Shown here: positions 1-10,774 of the stretch, piece by piece | How positions within the stretch are numbered: the stretch's first letter is position 1 | Layout: each line of letters opens with the position of its first letter | Origin: Vicugna vicugna | Lineage: Eukaryota | Direction of reading: 5' to 3' | DNA: 64,000 bases | NCBI GenBank assembly: GCA_013265495.1 | Contig: MU058540.1 | Coordinates: 395,696-459,695, forward strand | Position numbers and translations under genes: made by a program | The notes under the pieces: generated by a model | The model's input: only the letters and a program-made list of their open reading frames with translations | Told to the model about the DNA's origin: nothing | The model's database searches: none

Positions 1-2445
1 GTGACCATGGCTGCTCCATTCTCCAAAACAGTGGTGAGGGGTTCCTCTGATTGCTTCCTGGAAGAGGAAACATCCCTCTCCTCAGGAGAAGGGGTAGTAT
101 CCAGGGGCAAGGCTTCAATCTCTAGCTCAAAGAGCTGAGACATAGGGCTCTCTTCCTGCAGGGGCAACTCTTCGAGGTGTTCTCCATTGCTTTCAGCATC
201 TATGCTAGAGAGGGCTGGGGGCTCTTCTGACAGTGAAGATGGTGACACTGCGAGTCTTTTGTTTTGCTGCTCCCCTGAAGACCTGCTGATCCCTTTGCTA
301 GGTTCCAGGTTCTTTTCGGTGGAGATCTGTAGCAGGGACATGGGGCTCTTATCTCCATCCTTACCTGGAAAAGAAGTAAAGAGGAGAGAGGTAACAGAAG
401 AACTAGGGGAGAGAAAACCGCTGAGAGGACACTAGGAGAAAGAGGAGGAAGAGGAGGAAGGGAAGGTTCTCAAACAGGGGGCTCATGCCCAAGAGCAGAG
501 GGAACTGACACATGGGAAGACTGTCCTTGACATACCTGCTTCCTCCTCCTCCTCCTCTTCATCGTCCCCCTGACCTTCCTGCATCTGTTCCAGATCCTCC
601 TCTTCTTCAGAATCTGTGGCCTCCTCCTCTTCTTCCTCCTCTTCTTCCTCCTCCTCCTCTTCCTCCTCCTCCTCACTTTCCTCATCTTCTTCATCATCTG
701 TCTCAGCCTTGGAGGTGGTAGGGCATTCCTGGGATGCCATCCCACTAGGGCCCTACAGGGAACAAAGGAGTTTCTCTAAGGAATCCCTTGCCCTAGAGGG
801 GCTGGTTCTTGTGTTCCTTCTGCACACTTCCCTATCAGTCACCATGGACTCCCTCCTGGCCAGTGCAGGGAAAGGATAGGGTCTCTGAAGGGTGTTTCCC
901 TTCCATACCTCACCAGAATCCAGGGAGGCTTTGGGGGGATCTACAGATTGGGAAGAGGTGGCTTGGGGGAGCCGGGCTCTTCTCCTCTGTCTCTCGCCCT
1001 CCTCACTCTGGTCTTGCATCATTGCATATTTAGAGATGACCTCATCCAGACGGCTCATAGCCAAGCTCCGGTTCTCCCGCAGGCGCCGGGCGAGGACAGG
1101 ATCTGACAGTGCGGGATCAATGCCTATGTGGGAAGACATAAAGTCAGAGCAGTCACCCAGAACCCAACCCAGAAGGAGGGACTAGAGAGATGCCTCCTCC
1201 ACCACACACCTGACATACTAGGGTTACTTATGGGTATCTCACTAATGCCTACCTGGCCTATAGTCATCTGTGAGGTGACAGCCAAAGTTGTAGATGAGAT
1301 CGAGGTGGCGACGCTCCTGTAACCTGATGCCCACATCTCGGAAGGCATCCTGAGCCATCAGCTGGAGCTGCTGTCGGGGGAGGCCAAGACTGTGCCGAGC
1401 AGCTGCTTTCTCTACGGCCCGCAGCACATCTCCATAGTCAGGGAAGGTATCAAGCCCTGGTTTGTTGATGAGCCGCTCAATGCGCCTGTTCACCTCTGGG
1501 TAGCGGGTACCACGATAGGGGATGCGCTGCTCTATGACCCGGCCTGTCAGTGAAGAGCAGTCTTTCAGCTCACACAGCCGCCCAAAGAGGCGGATCAGCT
1601 TACGCTTCAACCTTGCCTCCTGCAGGTAAGTGGAGTCTGGGTCGTCCAGTTCTGAGAGATCCAGCTCCTTTTCCTGCAGCCGCCGGATCTCCGCTACATA
1701 GAGTGCTAGCAGCTGCTCCAAGCGCTGAATCTGCCGCCGGGAAGCACGGGTCCTTGGGGCCTCAGAGGCAGTGGTCTCAGCATTTGTGGGGTCCGAGGAG
1801 GAGTCTGTGGGAGGGTTATTCCCAGAGGGCTCACCAGAGGTGGTGGCAGCAGGGGCCAGGTTCAGCTTCTTCTTGGCTGAGTGGGCCTTGAGGACAGTGC
1901 AGAGCTCATTAATGTAGACATAGAGCTTAGCTGGTCGGCTCTGAGCCCGAGAGAGGACCCGAGAGAGGATGTTGCAGAACTCCGCGGAGGCCAAAAACAG
2001 AGAGTGGGCACGCTGCTGCCGGTTATAGAGGAATGGGACCACCTCAGGGTGGTCCGCTGTCTGCGTCTTACACAGTTCAAGGAACTGGAGGGTTCAGGGG
2101 AAAAGGGGAGGGGGAAAGAGACAAGGGATGGGGTTGAGAGAAAGAAGGCGTGGTGGGGTTAGTGGGGAAGAAAGGATAGGAGAGCCAGTCAGCCATCCCC
2201 CTCCCTGGAGTACAAGAATCTTCTCCCCTAAAGCTCACCTCTTTAAACAGCTTCTCATTCTCCAACTTGTAGCATTTCTTGCCGCCCGAACTACTGCTTC
2301 CTCTGGCCCCATGGGGCTGGGAGGAGCCAGGGGCTTCTGCCCCGGGTGAGGCCGGATTGGGGGGTGGGTGGGAGGGCCCTGGCTGAGCAGCTGCTTCGTC
2401 TTCATCATCATCATCCAGCACGATGATGCTGTTAGTGGTGGCCAT
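1..2445 (-). CDS. DAXX: Death domain-associated protein 6 (H3.3 chaperone), 3'-partial. Coding exons 2445-2239, 2084-1253, 1123-909, 752-536, 364-<1
   Basis: Starts MATTNSIIVLDDDDEDE. Contains the helical bundle and histone-binding region (FLELCKTQTADHPEVVPFLYNRQ...LIYNFGCHLTDDYRPG), a Glu-rich tract and GKDGDKSPMS. All junctions are GT-AG and keep the frame (exons 207, 832, 215, 217 nt). Confidence 0.97.
541..700 (-). repeat. Degenerate GAG/GAA repeat encoding the DAXX poly-Glu/Asp tract
   Basis: (tcc/ttc)n on the + strand; translates as DDEEDEESEEEEEEEEEEEEEEEEEEATDSEEEEDLEQ on the - strand. Confidence 0.9.
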
Positions 2446-3336
2446 GGGGGATCAAATCCCCTGGAGGGAGAAAGTGTTGGGGATTTCGTAATTCCTGCTG
2501 GAAGGGGATGGGGCCTCAGAAAGAGCCCCTCCAGCACAGCCCCATCCCATCATCTCACACATTTTCCAGTCTTCCTGGGTTTCAAAAACACCCAGCCATG
2601 CTCAACAGTGTCCTCACTGCCTGTGTTCAGCAACCATTAGTACCATATGTTTTTCTGTACCTTTACTGTGGGAGCCCCAAACTGTCTGAAAACCTCAAGT
2701 CCCACCCCCAGCTCCACCCCTCACGTCGATATCCGGTCTTTCGGTTGTGTTTCTCTATTTCTCATAGTTGGCAAGTTGACTTTTACTCTCAATCTCTGGA
2801 CCATCTCTCACATTGCACTCCAGATTTCCTTGACATCCTCTTGAACAGATACCACACCCCGGGTGGCATTACCTCACGTGTTATCCCCTCTGCTTTCACA
2901 CACATCAAATCCACATCCTCACCCCAACCTGAAGGATCACCCCAACTCCTAGACTCTCTGGGGCGAAGGAGGTTCCCTCCCAACAATCCATTCCCTTTTT
3001 TCCTGCTTAAATTATCTCCATATTCCACCCTCTGATGGGTCTCCTCAAACCGGGGCATTAGGTTGGAGATGTTTCACCTCAAGTCCCCTCCCTCTCACCC
3101 CACCCTAATTTTCCTCATTCTCTCCCTGTGACCTGTAACTGATCGTGAGCCCCGCACTGGGCTCTCCTGAATCCTCTCAGATTCCAGCCCTGAGTCCGGC
3201 CCCTTAACCTAGATGAGCTTCCCGCCAAGTCCCCCTCCCCCAGTTCAACCCTCAGACTCAGAGCCCGGGACTCCCCAGTACCTCTCCCTCGACATTCCCG
3301 CCCCCGCCTTTGCTCTCAGCACCGTCGGGCCCCCAC

Positions 3337-3760
3337 CTCAGAAACGGTCTCTCGAGGCGACCCTCGCCGCCGATCTCAGAACCTCGCATGGTTCCCTCCG
3401 CCTTCCTTCCCCCTCCCACCGCAGGCCCCACTCCGGACCGGAAGTCTTAGGAGTTTCCGCCTACAGGCACCTGGGAGCGGCCATATTATCGCACGGAATC
3501 CCCCGTGGCCGGAAGTCGCGGTAGGCCCGCCCCCCGAGCGCTTCCAGTGCCGCCCATATTGTCAGCGGCTCCCTTCCCCCTGACCTGCTGGGGGAGGATT
3601 TGTCACCTCAGGGGGTCCCAAAGTACCTGGGGGCCGCCATTTTGCCATACGGCGTTAGCTACGCCTGAACTGGGGCGCGCCGCGGGGATTAAGCTCTTTT
3701 CATCCGGTGCTTCTGCGACTCCGCCAATCAGAAACTTCCCGCGTCCGGCCCAACCGCCCA
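3337..3760 (-). promoter_or_regulatory. DAXX: DAXX CpG-island promoter and first exon (donor after 3337, GAG|gtgggg)
   Basis: CpG-rich. ETS/GABP CCGGAAGT at 3438-3445 and 3509-3516, YY1-type GCCGCCATTTTG at 3633-3644, CCAAT near 3724. The TSS cannot be determined from sequence. Confidence 0.75.
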
Positions 3761-5233
3761 CGAGTCGCATGCAGGGAGGACTGAGCCACCTTTCCAAGTA
3801 CGGGAGGGGGGAACGCAACAGGGCAGCTAAAGAATTGGGCCCTCCATGGCTGCATAGGGATGCAAGGAAGGTCGGGAGTCTCTTAAGAAGGAAATGAAAC
3901 CTTTTCCATCCGCTGGGCTTTTGACAAGACTTCTAGTGCTATTTTCCTACCTGCCAGGTAGTTTCCACGGCTTAATCGACTGTACCTGCCATTCCCTTCT
4001 ACGGGCTGCGCGCTCCCTTGCCGCTGTCCAGCAGCTATTTCTACATCCAGGTGCCAACATCTCCCAGTCGTGAAATCACAATACATGCATGCAAATGAGC
4101 ACAACGCGCTATACATATGTGGTGGTGTTATTATTGCTATTGTTGTTGGTTTTGCTTTTCAAGCTCCACCACAGACTAATGACCAACCAAGTAGGGACCT
4201 AGGTGGTTCTCTGTCCTTTTCTGGAGGAGGTCCTCGAGGCACAGGCGGTGATAACCAGTAGGCTGTGCTTTGTCCAGGAGCTCCAGGGCCTGAGGACGGG
4301 CAATGTAGGGCGGAGACTCAGGAGAATCTGTGCAAATTGCCGCTGTGAGAGCTGTGAGACGAAATGAGGCTCATAAAATACCTCGAGTCTCGTCTCCTTT
4401 TCCTCTGGGAGAGCTGATGAAAGAACATGAGAGAAGAAACGGACTTTAACGCCCACCTCGCCCGCATCCCCACCTAGCCCAGCTTTAGGGACACTAGAGG
4501 GACTCGTGGAGGCAAAGCTGGGTCCAAACGTGAGCTTCTGGGGAAACCGAAAAGGTTAACACGGTTCCAGTCCCTGAGATTCCCACTTCCTGCATCACTG
4601 CGCATTCCACAAATGGTGAGCATCTTTCTAGGACCACAGACCCTTACATCCCCAAGCTCTCAGAGTCCCAGAACCTCAAACCCTCCCTTCCGTTAAAGAA
4701 TCCCACTTCCCTCCAATAGTCTAAGCCTATAGTCTTCAAATTGGGGAACATGAAAACACTCCAAAGGGTACTTGGATTTGGAAGCTATAAGGGATTTAAT
4801 TTCCAGAGCCTCAGCTTTCCCAAAATTTGTCTTCCTGAGTAAATGCCTGCAGTAGAGCTTCTCCTTCTTTTTCCCTTTTACAATAGACTTTTTCCCTCTT
4901 TAAAAAGAAAAAGTATAGTCTCAACCATGAAATCTCCTGGGGATAATCTTACCTTGTCTTAAATAGACATGTAGCCAGGTTCTTTATCAAACCACCATAA
5001 GCACCACCTCATCTATGTCATTTAAAATATTATTTTTTATTTTAACAATTATGAGTTTGTACAATCTTTATGCTATTTGACCAGTTCTGCTCTTATAATT
5101 GTAATGATAACCCAGAAGAAATTTTTCTAAAAAGCTAGAGTCATATGGTTACAAGAAAGAAAAATAATTTTCATTTCAGTTAATACATATGCAGGAAAGT
5201 TTGATAGATAGGTCAATAAAAAGACTTTCAAGT

Positions 5234-5320
5234 TGGGGAGGGAAATAGCTCAGCGGTAGATCACATGCTTAGCATGTATGAGGCCTTGGGTTCAACCCTC
5301 AATTCCATTAAAAAAAAAAA
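5234..5320 (+). mobile_element. tRNA-Ala-derived SINE (Vic-1-like)
   Basis: ggggagggaaatagctcagcggtagatcacatgcttagcatgtatgaggccttgggttcaa plus A-tail; direct repeat ctttcaagt on both sides. Confidence 0.85.
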
Positions 5321-5431
5321 GCTTTCAAGTATAAAAGCATAAAATTGTCTGTAGGGAAATAGAATAGTAACAGGAGTTCTGGAAGAAAAGGAATGATGGA
5401 AGAAGAAAAGGGAAGATTCCCAATTGTATTT

Positions 5432-5511
5432 GTGGGGGGGGTAATTAGTTTTTTTTTAATGGAGTTACTGGGTATCCCCCACTTTTAATGGAGGTACTGA
5501 GCTCCCCCACA
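5432..5511 (-). mobile_element. Internally deleted and rearranged tRNA-Ala-derived SINE
   Basis: SINE tail motif ggggtaattag...taatggag, flanked by near-identical 14-mers tcccaattgtattt (5418-5431) and tcccaattatattt (5512-5525). Confidence 0.65.
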
Positions 5512-5850
5512 TCCCAATTATATTTTTAAATGTATTCTGATGTTTCAATTCCCTTGGACATTCAAAAGACTGATTTAATTGTTTTATTTTAAAATGTAAG
5601 TATTTTTATATGCCAGGAATTACATCCTTGAAACAATTTTAATTTATGATGAAAAATTTTAGATGCTCACTTAAAAATACTTGTACAAAGTTTTTCAAAA
5701 TTATTTCCCAGAGTATAGATGCAGAAATTTTAAGACAGCTAGCTGCTGTAAGCTATCCAAGTGTCCCTCCCCGGCCCCCAACTATTGCCATTCACCCGTC
5801 TCCCCTCTCACCTCCGTTGCAGGGAAAGAGGATGTTTATAGGACAGGCGG

Positions 5851-6093
5851 TCACAATTCCAGCTCCTCCTCCTTCTGTGGTGTTCTCAGGAGCCAGTCCC
5901 CAAACTTTTCCCATGGTAGCAGCCACAGCAGCTTATACACAGCCTCCAGCATTAGTAGTGTCAGGAAGAGAACCAGGAAGATAAAGAAGGCCTTATCCAT
6001 GGCCCGACGCAGAGGACCCCTGGGAGGAGAGGGACGTTGGGCAAATGCAAGGAACACATCCTCCTCGTCCACATCAACCTCCTCCTCGGCCAT
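5851..6093 (-). CDS. SMIM40: Small integral membrane protein 40 (80 aa, single coding exon)
   Basis: MAEEEVDVDEEDVFLAFAQRPSPPRGPLRRAMDKAFFIFLVLFLTLLMLEAVYKLLWLLPWEKFGDWLLRTPQKEEELEL. One hydrophobic TM stretch, start context aggATGg, and the expected position between DAXX and KIFC1. Confidence 0.9.
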   Translation of the reverse strand: MAEEEVDVDEEDVFLAFAQRPSPPRGPLRRAMDKAFFIFLVLFLTLLMLEAVYKLLWLLPWEKFGDWLLRTPQKEEELEL

Positions 6094-7166
6094 CCTAGCC
6101 CACAGTCTGATTCTGACAGCTGGCTGGCTCAGGGAGGCTAAGATGGAAGCCCTTACTCAGCGTTGCCAGGATTAAGGAGCATGGTGTTGGTAAATTCTGC
6201 ACCTGTGGGGCTTGACCCCAATTCCCCCATACAGAGAAAGAAAGGAGAGTAGGGCTTCTGAGCCTTTGGAATAATCAGTGCAATGTGAATGGCCTGGATT
6301 AAATAATTCCTAAAGTCTGCCCAGCTTTAGCATTTTATAATTCTATATTTCAGAAACTGAAGGCCCAACATAGAGACATGCAAGCTGAAACTGCCCAAGT
6401 TAATCTGGGTCTCTAGGCTTAAGGCTCAAGGTCTTGGGCCCCTACAGAGAATGAGCAAGTGGACCTAGTATGCTACTGTAAGCGGCTCTCAATCAAGCAT
6501 CATCTAAAGTCCATTCTGGCAAGAGGTGGCTCCAGTCGGCGCAGGCGTAGTTCTTCAAGTCTGCAGGCCGACAAAGATTGCAGCGCAGAAACCCAGCCGG
6601 CTGTCTTCCAGACTTTGAGGATAATTATAATTGGGCTTCAGGAGCCCAAGCGGAAGTTTATAAAAAGAGAAAGACCTTGATTGGTCAGCGGGGCGAGGGT
6701 AAATGATTGAGACTTAACTGTTGGGGCAGTAAGAAGGAAGATTGAGGTTTTGTTTTAGGAGTCCTGATCTGAGTTGCTCGTGGGAAATTTCCAAGAGGCT
6801 GTCTTGGGGCAAGGGTTGAAGCCACTTTGACCAGGTTCTTGAGGGAAATCAAAGTCCGTATGGAGACCTGCGGGCCACCTCCCCACCTCCCAAAAGTAGT
6901 GGTTGTTGGATGAAGTGCGGACAGCAGAGGAAGCGGCGCTTGAGGTAGTGGACCTCATATCTGGCGCTTCAAGGGTCTGTTACCTAAAACCCCATTTTGA
7001 TTTTAATAAGACATTGTTTTCTTGGAAAGACCTTGTTTACCCCAAAATGGTACAAATGATGTCACAATTTTGTTTACAGTCAACTCATATTATCGTGTGC
7101 TCCACCACAGGAGGTCACATTACGAATCAAAAAGCCTGGATCCAGGTCCGAACGAGTCACTAGTTG

Positions 7167-7505
7167 TGTTAAATTAATTAAACAAGGAGGCCATTAAACT
7201 GAGGGAGCTCTAACGTCGTGGCAGCCTATCTTAGCAAGCCACAGTCTAAACCCATCCAGGCCTCAAGCTTATGTAATCAAAATGGTAAAGGGCAACCAAT
7301 CACACACAGCCAACTAGGTAAGTTTTAATCTACAGCCAATGAAATAATTTCCTTTCTCTGCTTCCACACTTTCTCCACTTAAGCCTTTCCCAGGGCTCAG
7401 ATCTGAGGAAAGCTCACAACAACTTCTGGTTTGACTCTACCCCATTCCAATGCATTTTTGCTCAAATAACTCAAATTTTTAACATGCCTCAGTTTATTTT
7501 TAACA
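7167..7505 (+). mobile_element. ERV1-class solo LTR (MER49-like start) inserted into a MIR
   Basis: Inverted termini TGTTAAA...TTTAACA and an exact 4-bp TSD GTTG (7163-7166, 7506-7509). Internal CCAAT boxes. The flanks rejoin into a MIR-like core (cactagttg|tgtg...accttgggcaagtcac). Confidence 0.8.
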
Positions 7506-7926
7506 GTTGTGTGAACAAGACCTTGGGCAAGTCACCTGACTTTTCTTTAGTTTTTTTATAAAATTGAAAAACTTGCTCCAGAGTTGTCATGAATAAGGTG
7601 GTTTCGTTTTTTGGTTTTTTTATAAATAAATTATGAACTGCTGTGTAAATATAATGTATTGATTTCTGATACCCTCACTTGTGTCTCAGGCAAGTTTGCA
7701 ATAAGGGCACCCAAACATCTTTATCATCTTCATACAGTTCCTTCCCCATGGTAGGTTCAGCACTAAGATCTTGTATAATACATAAACCTAGCACTTGATT
7801 GTATAAAAAAAGTCTTTTGAAGTAATTGCAAACAATATCAGGAACTCTGGCATCTTTTTCACCCTAATTCCCCATTTGTCAACGTTTTGCTATATTTGTT
7901 TCTCTCAACTCCAATATAACCATAAG

Positions 7927-8398
7927 TTATAGGTGTCACTCCAAAATTCAGATATTGTAGCCCTAACTCCCCATATCTCAGAATATGACCTTATTTGGAA
8001 ATAGAGTTGTTGCAGATGTGATTCATTAAATTAAGAAGAGGTCATACTGCAGTCAGGTAAATCTTTAATCCAATATGACTGATGTCCTTATAAAAAGGGG
8101 AAATTTGGGCACATACATGCATACAATGAGAACACCAGGTGAACATGAAGGTAGAGATAGGGTTGATGTGTCTACAAGCCAAGGAACACCAAAAATTGCC
8201 AGCAAACCAACAGACTACTCTGCTAGGAAAGAGTCATGGAACAAACTACTCTGTCACAGTCCTCAGAAAGAAACAACCCTGCCAACACTTTGATTTCAGA
8301 CTTCTAAGCTTCAGAATTATGAGGCAATAAATTTCTATTGTTTAAGCCATCCTGTTAGTGGTACTTTGTTATGTACCTAACCTAGCAAACTAACATAC
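7927..8398 (+). mobile_element. MaLR LTR (MLT1B-like)
   Basis: Diagnostic segments gaccttatttggaaatag...ttgcagatg, ctacaagccaaggaacacc and aataaatttctattgtttaagcca. Confidence 0.75.
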
Positions 8399-8418
8399 CA
8401 TTCTAATCAGGAAATCAA

Positions 8419-8539
8419 AAATTGACAAACCTCTGGCCAGGTTTACCAAGAAGAAAAGAGAGAGAACACAAATAAACAAAATGAAAAAGGAAAATGGGGA
8501 AATTACAACCAATACCACAGAAATACAAAGAACTGTAAG
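8419..8539 (+). mobile_element. Short internal LINE-1 ORF2 fragment between 10-bp direct repeats
   Basis: Translates KIDKPLARFTKKKRERTQINKMKKENGEITTNTTEIQRTV (L1 ORF2 linker). AGGAAATCAA at 8409-8418 and 8540-8549. Confidence 0.8.
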
Positions 8540-9015
8540 AGGAAATCAACACCACTATCCAATTCATAGGTACATTTCAATTTTCATCAGCTTTCCCACT
8601 AATGTCTCTGTCCTTTCTGGCTCAGGATCACATACTGAATTTGTTGTCATATATCTGCAGTCTCTTTCAATCTGGGCAGTTCCTCTGTCCTTCCCTGTCT
8701 TTCATGAATCACTTTTAAAGTGTACATGCTTTTCATTTCTGTAAGATGTCCCTTAAACCTAAATGCATGTAAGGGCAACGGAGAAAAGATGTGCCTTTCT
8801 TGGTGAACCATAACAGAAGGTTCAGGAGGGGGAACCATCTCACCCCTGGTGCTGCCAAACCAGTCTGGCAGGTTTTTCCACCATTAAAGCCATCACCGTC
8901 CCTTTGTAATTCCTAGATATGTGAGACATCACCAAATCTACACCTATTGCCTTAGCATCCATGGATCACCCCCATGGGAATAAAGCACAATGATGTTTAT
9001 TAAATGATGATTTTT

Positions 9016-9103
9016 GTTGTTGTTGTCAGTGGAGGTACTGGGGACTGACCCCAGGACCTCATGCATGCCAAGCATGTGCTCTACCACTGAGCTATACACC
9101 CCC
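9016..9103 (-). mobile_element. tRNA-Ala-derived SINE (Vic-1-like)
   Basis: Reverse-strand tRNA-Ala body (ccaggacctcatgcatgccaagcatgtgctctaccactgagcta); TSD atgatgattttt. Confidence 0.85.
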
Positions 9104-9669
9104 ATGATGATTTTTTTTTTCATTCCATCATTTCTTCTTCAGTTTTTGTCAGTCAACAATCTAGTATAAAAGAGAATATTTTCTCTCTCATTTATTTATA
9201 TCATATGGACTTATGGATTCCTATTTTACTCAGTGAATTATAATCCATTACTATTGTATTTATGTAGTCTGGACCCATACATTTCTATTTTATTTAATTA
9301 ATTGTAATCAGTTACTATCATTATTAATTTTATGTACAAATTATCTCAAATTTGGCAAATGAGAAAGCCCTTCCAGCTAGCTCCTATGTCCTTTCAAAAT
9401 GTTCTCAACATTATTTAACCATTTCCTTACATTCTGGTACAACAGGTAATCCAGGCTCAATTTGTACTTTTCCTGTCTCAGCCCAGGAATCAACCATTTC
9501 TTTAAGGGGCTCTGGCTTCTTTTGACAAAGATGGTATTTGGAAGCCAAGATCTGGGTGCCAGATGTTCTCATTGCTACTACAATGACATGTTTTTAGGCC
9601 TTCTCAGCAGACAGAGCTAAGAAAGGTATGAATGTATGTACATATACACACAGAAACACAGAAACACTC

Positions 9670-9975
9670 TGTTCCAGTTACTATTGCTACCTAACATACC
9701 ACCCCAAAACTTGATGCAAAACGACAATTTTGTTATGCCCATGGACTACTATGTCAGAGAGGACACAGTGAGGATAGCTTGTGTTTGTTCAGTGATGGTC
9801 TGTGTCCTTATCTGGGAAGACTTAAAAGCTGAAGGTGAGAACTGCTGAGATCTGGAATCACCTGGAGGCATCCTCACTCATGTGTCTGGTAACTGATGCT
9901 AGCTTTCAGCTGGATCTCTGCTGGGGCTGTGGGCCAGAACACTTACATGTGTCCTTTCTATGTAATTATGCTGTG
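9670..9975 (-). mobile_element. MaLR LTR fragment (MLT1G/H-like)
   Basis: tgttccagttactattgct...accaccccaaaact terminus and ctggaatcacctggaggc...cactcatgtgtctgg core. Confidence 0.55.
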
Positions 9976-10774
9976 ATAATTGAGATTTTCACATAATCTA
10001 TGTTCTATTGATGGTAATGGGATAAAGAATTTAAAAGTTAAAAGAAAGAATTTAAAAGTTAAATGCAACTGATTTCAAACTTTACATAATTATATATATT
10101 TTCAGAAAGATGTAAAATAAAGTTAATGTAAAATAAAATTATTTCTGTGCTTTCAAATGTTATTTTTCTAATGTTTAAATCATCTATTAAAATTAAAATG
10201 TAAAACAAATTATACTGAATAAATATTAAAAATTGTTTCTAGAGAGCTGACACTTTAAAATTTAACTCTTTGAAATTTTAATTAAATCATATTAAATATT
10301 TTTATAAAAATAAAACTATATGTAATTCAAGCATTAGATGTCTATTTAGTTGCCAGTGTAACTTCATGTGCCATGTTTGTTAAGCATACTTAGATACATA
10401 CCAATTTAAGAGTAATATTGTGTAGTACAGGAAAATGTTTCTTAGCCACCATGTGCAAGTGTGGCTCTACTGGGAAATGATACATCATCATGTAAGAAAG
10501 TATTGCATTCGTGGTGACTGAGAGAGAAGATTTGACAAGTTAATTGATTTGTCTGTTCTCTTACCTAACCACCATCACTGCTAATCCTCCCTGCATTCAA
10601 ACAAGAGTCCATGTCTAGGCTCAGCAGCAGCACAACCCATACATCTTCACAGCATTGGGTCACCACCACCTTTTGTTTCAATGACAGAGGACAAGAGGAA
10701 TGGAGACACAGTTCCTTGGGATTGAATAGTGTTAATTACAACAGCCCATGTGTAGACTTATGGTCAGGTGGTAT

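Larger units (their letters stand above)
4730..5745 (+). mobile_element. Ancient hAT-Charlie-like DNA transposon remnant, interrupted by two SINEs
   Basis: AT-rich. The reverse complement of 5530-5700 resembles 11520-11700, part of the Charlie-like element at 11.5-12.9 kb. Boundaries approximate. Confidence 0.4.
7810..9660 (-). mobile_element. Old L1M (L1MC-like) 3' region, fragmented by nested insertions
   Basis: Motifs typical of old L1 3' ends (aggatcacatactgaatttgttgtcat; agcccaggaatcaaccatttc; gaagccaagatctgggtgc). Boundaries approximate. Confidence 0.5.

Noticed and set aside
470..879. ORFs with poly-Arg/Lys, poly-Pro or poly-Ser
   Set aside because: These are alternative-frame and antisense readings of the DAXX poly-Glu tract.
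5646..6175. Plus-strand ORFs of 112 and 164 aa
   Set aside because: They are antisense to SMIM40, start in repeat-derived sequence and show no recognisable domain.
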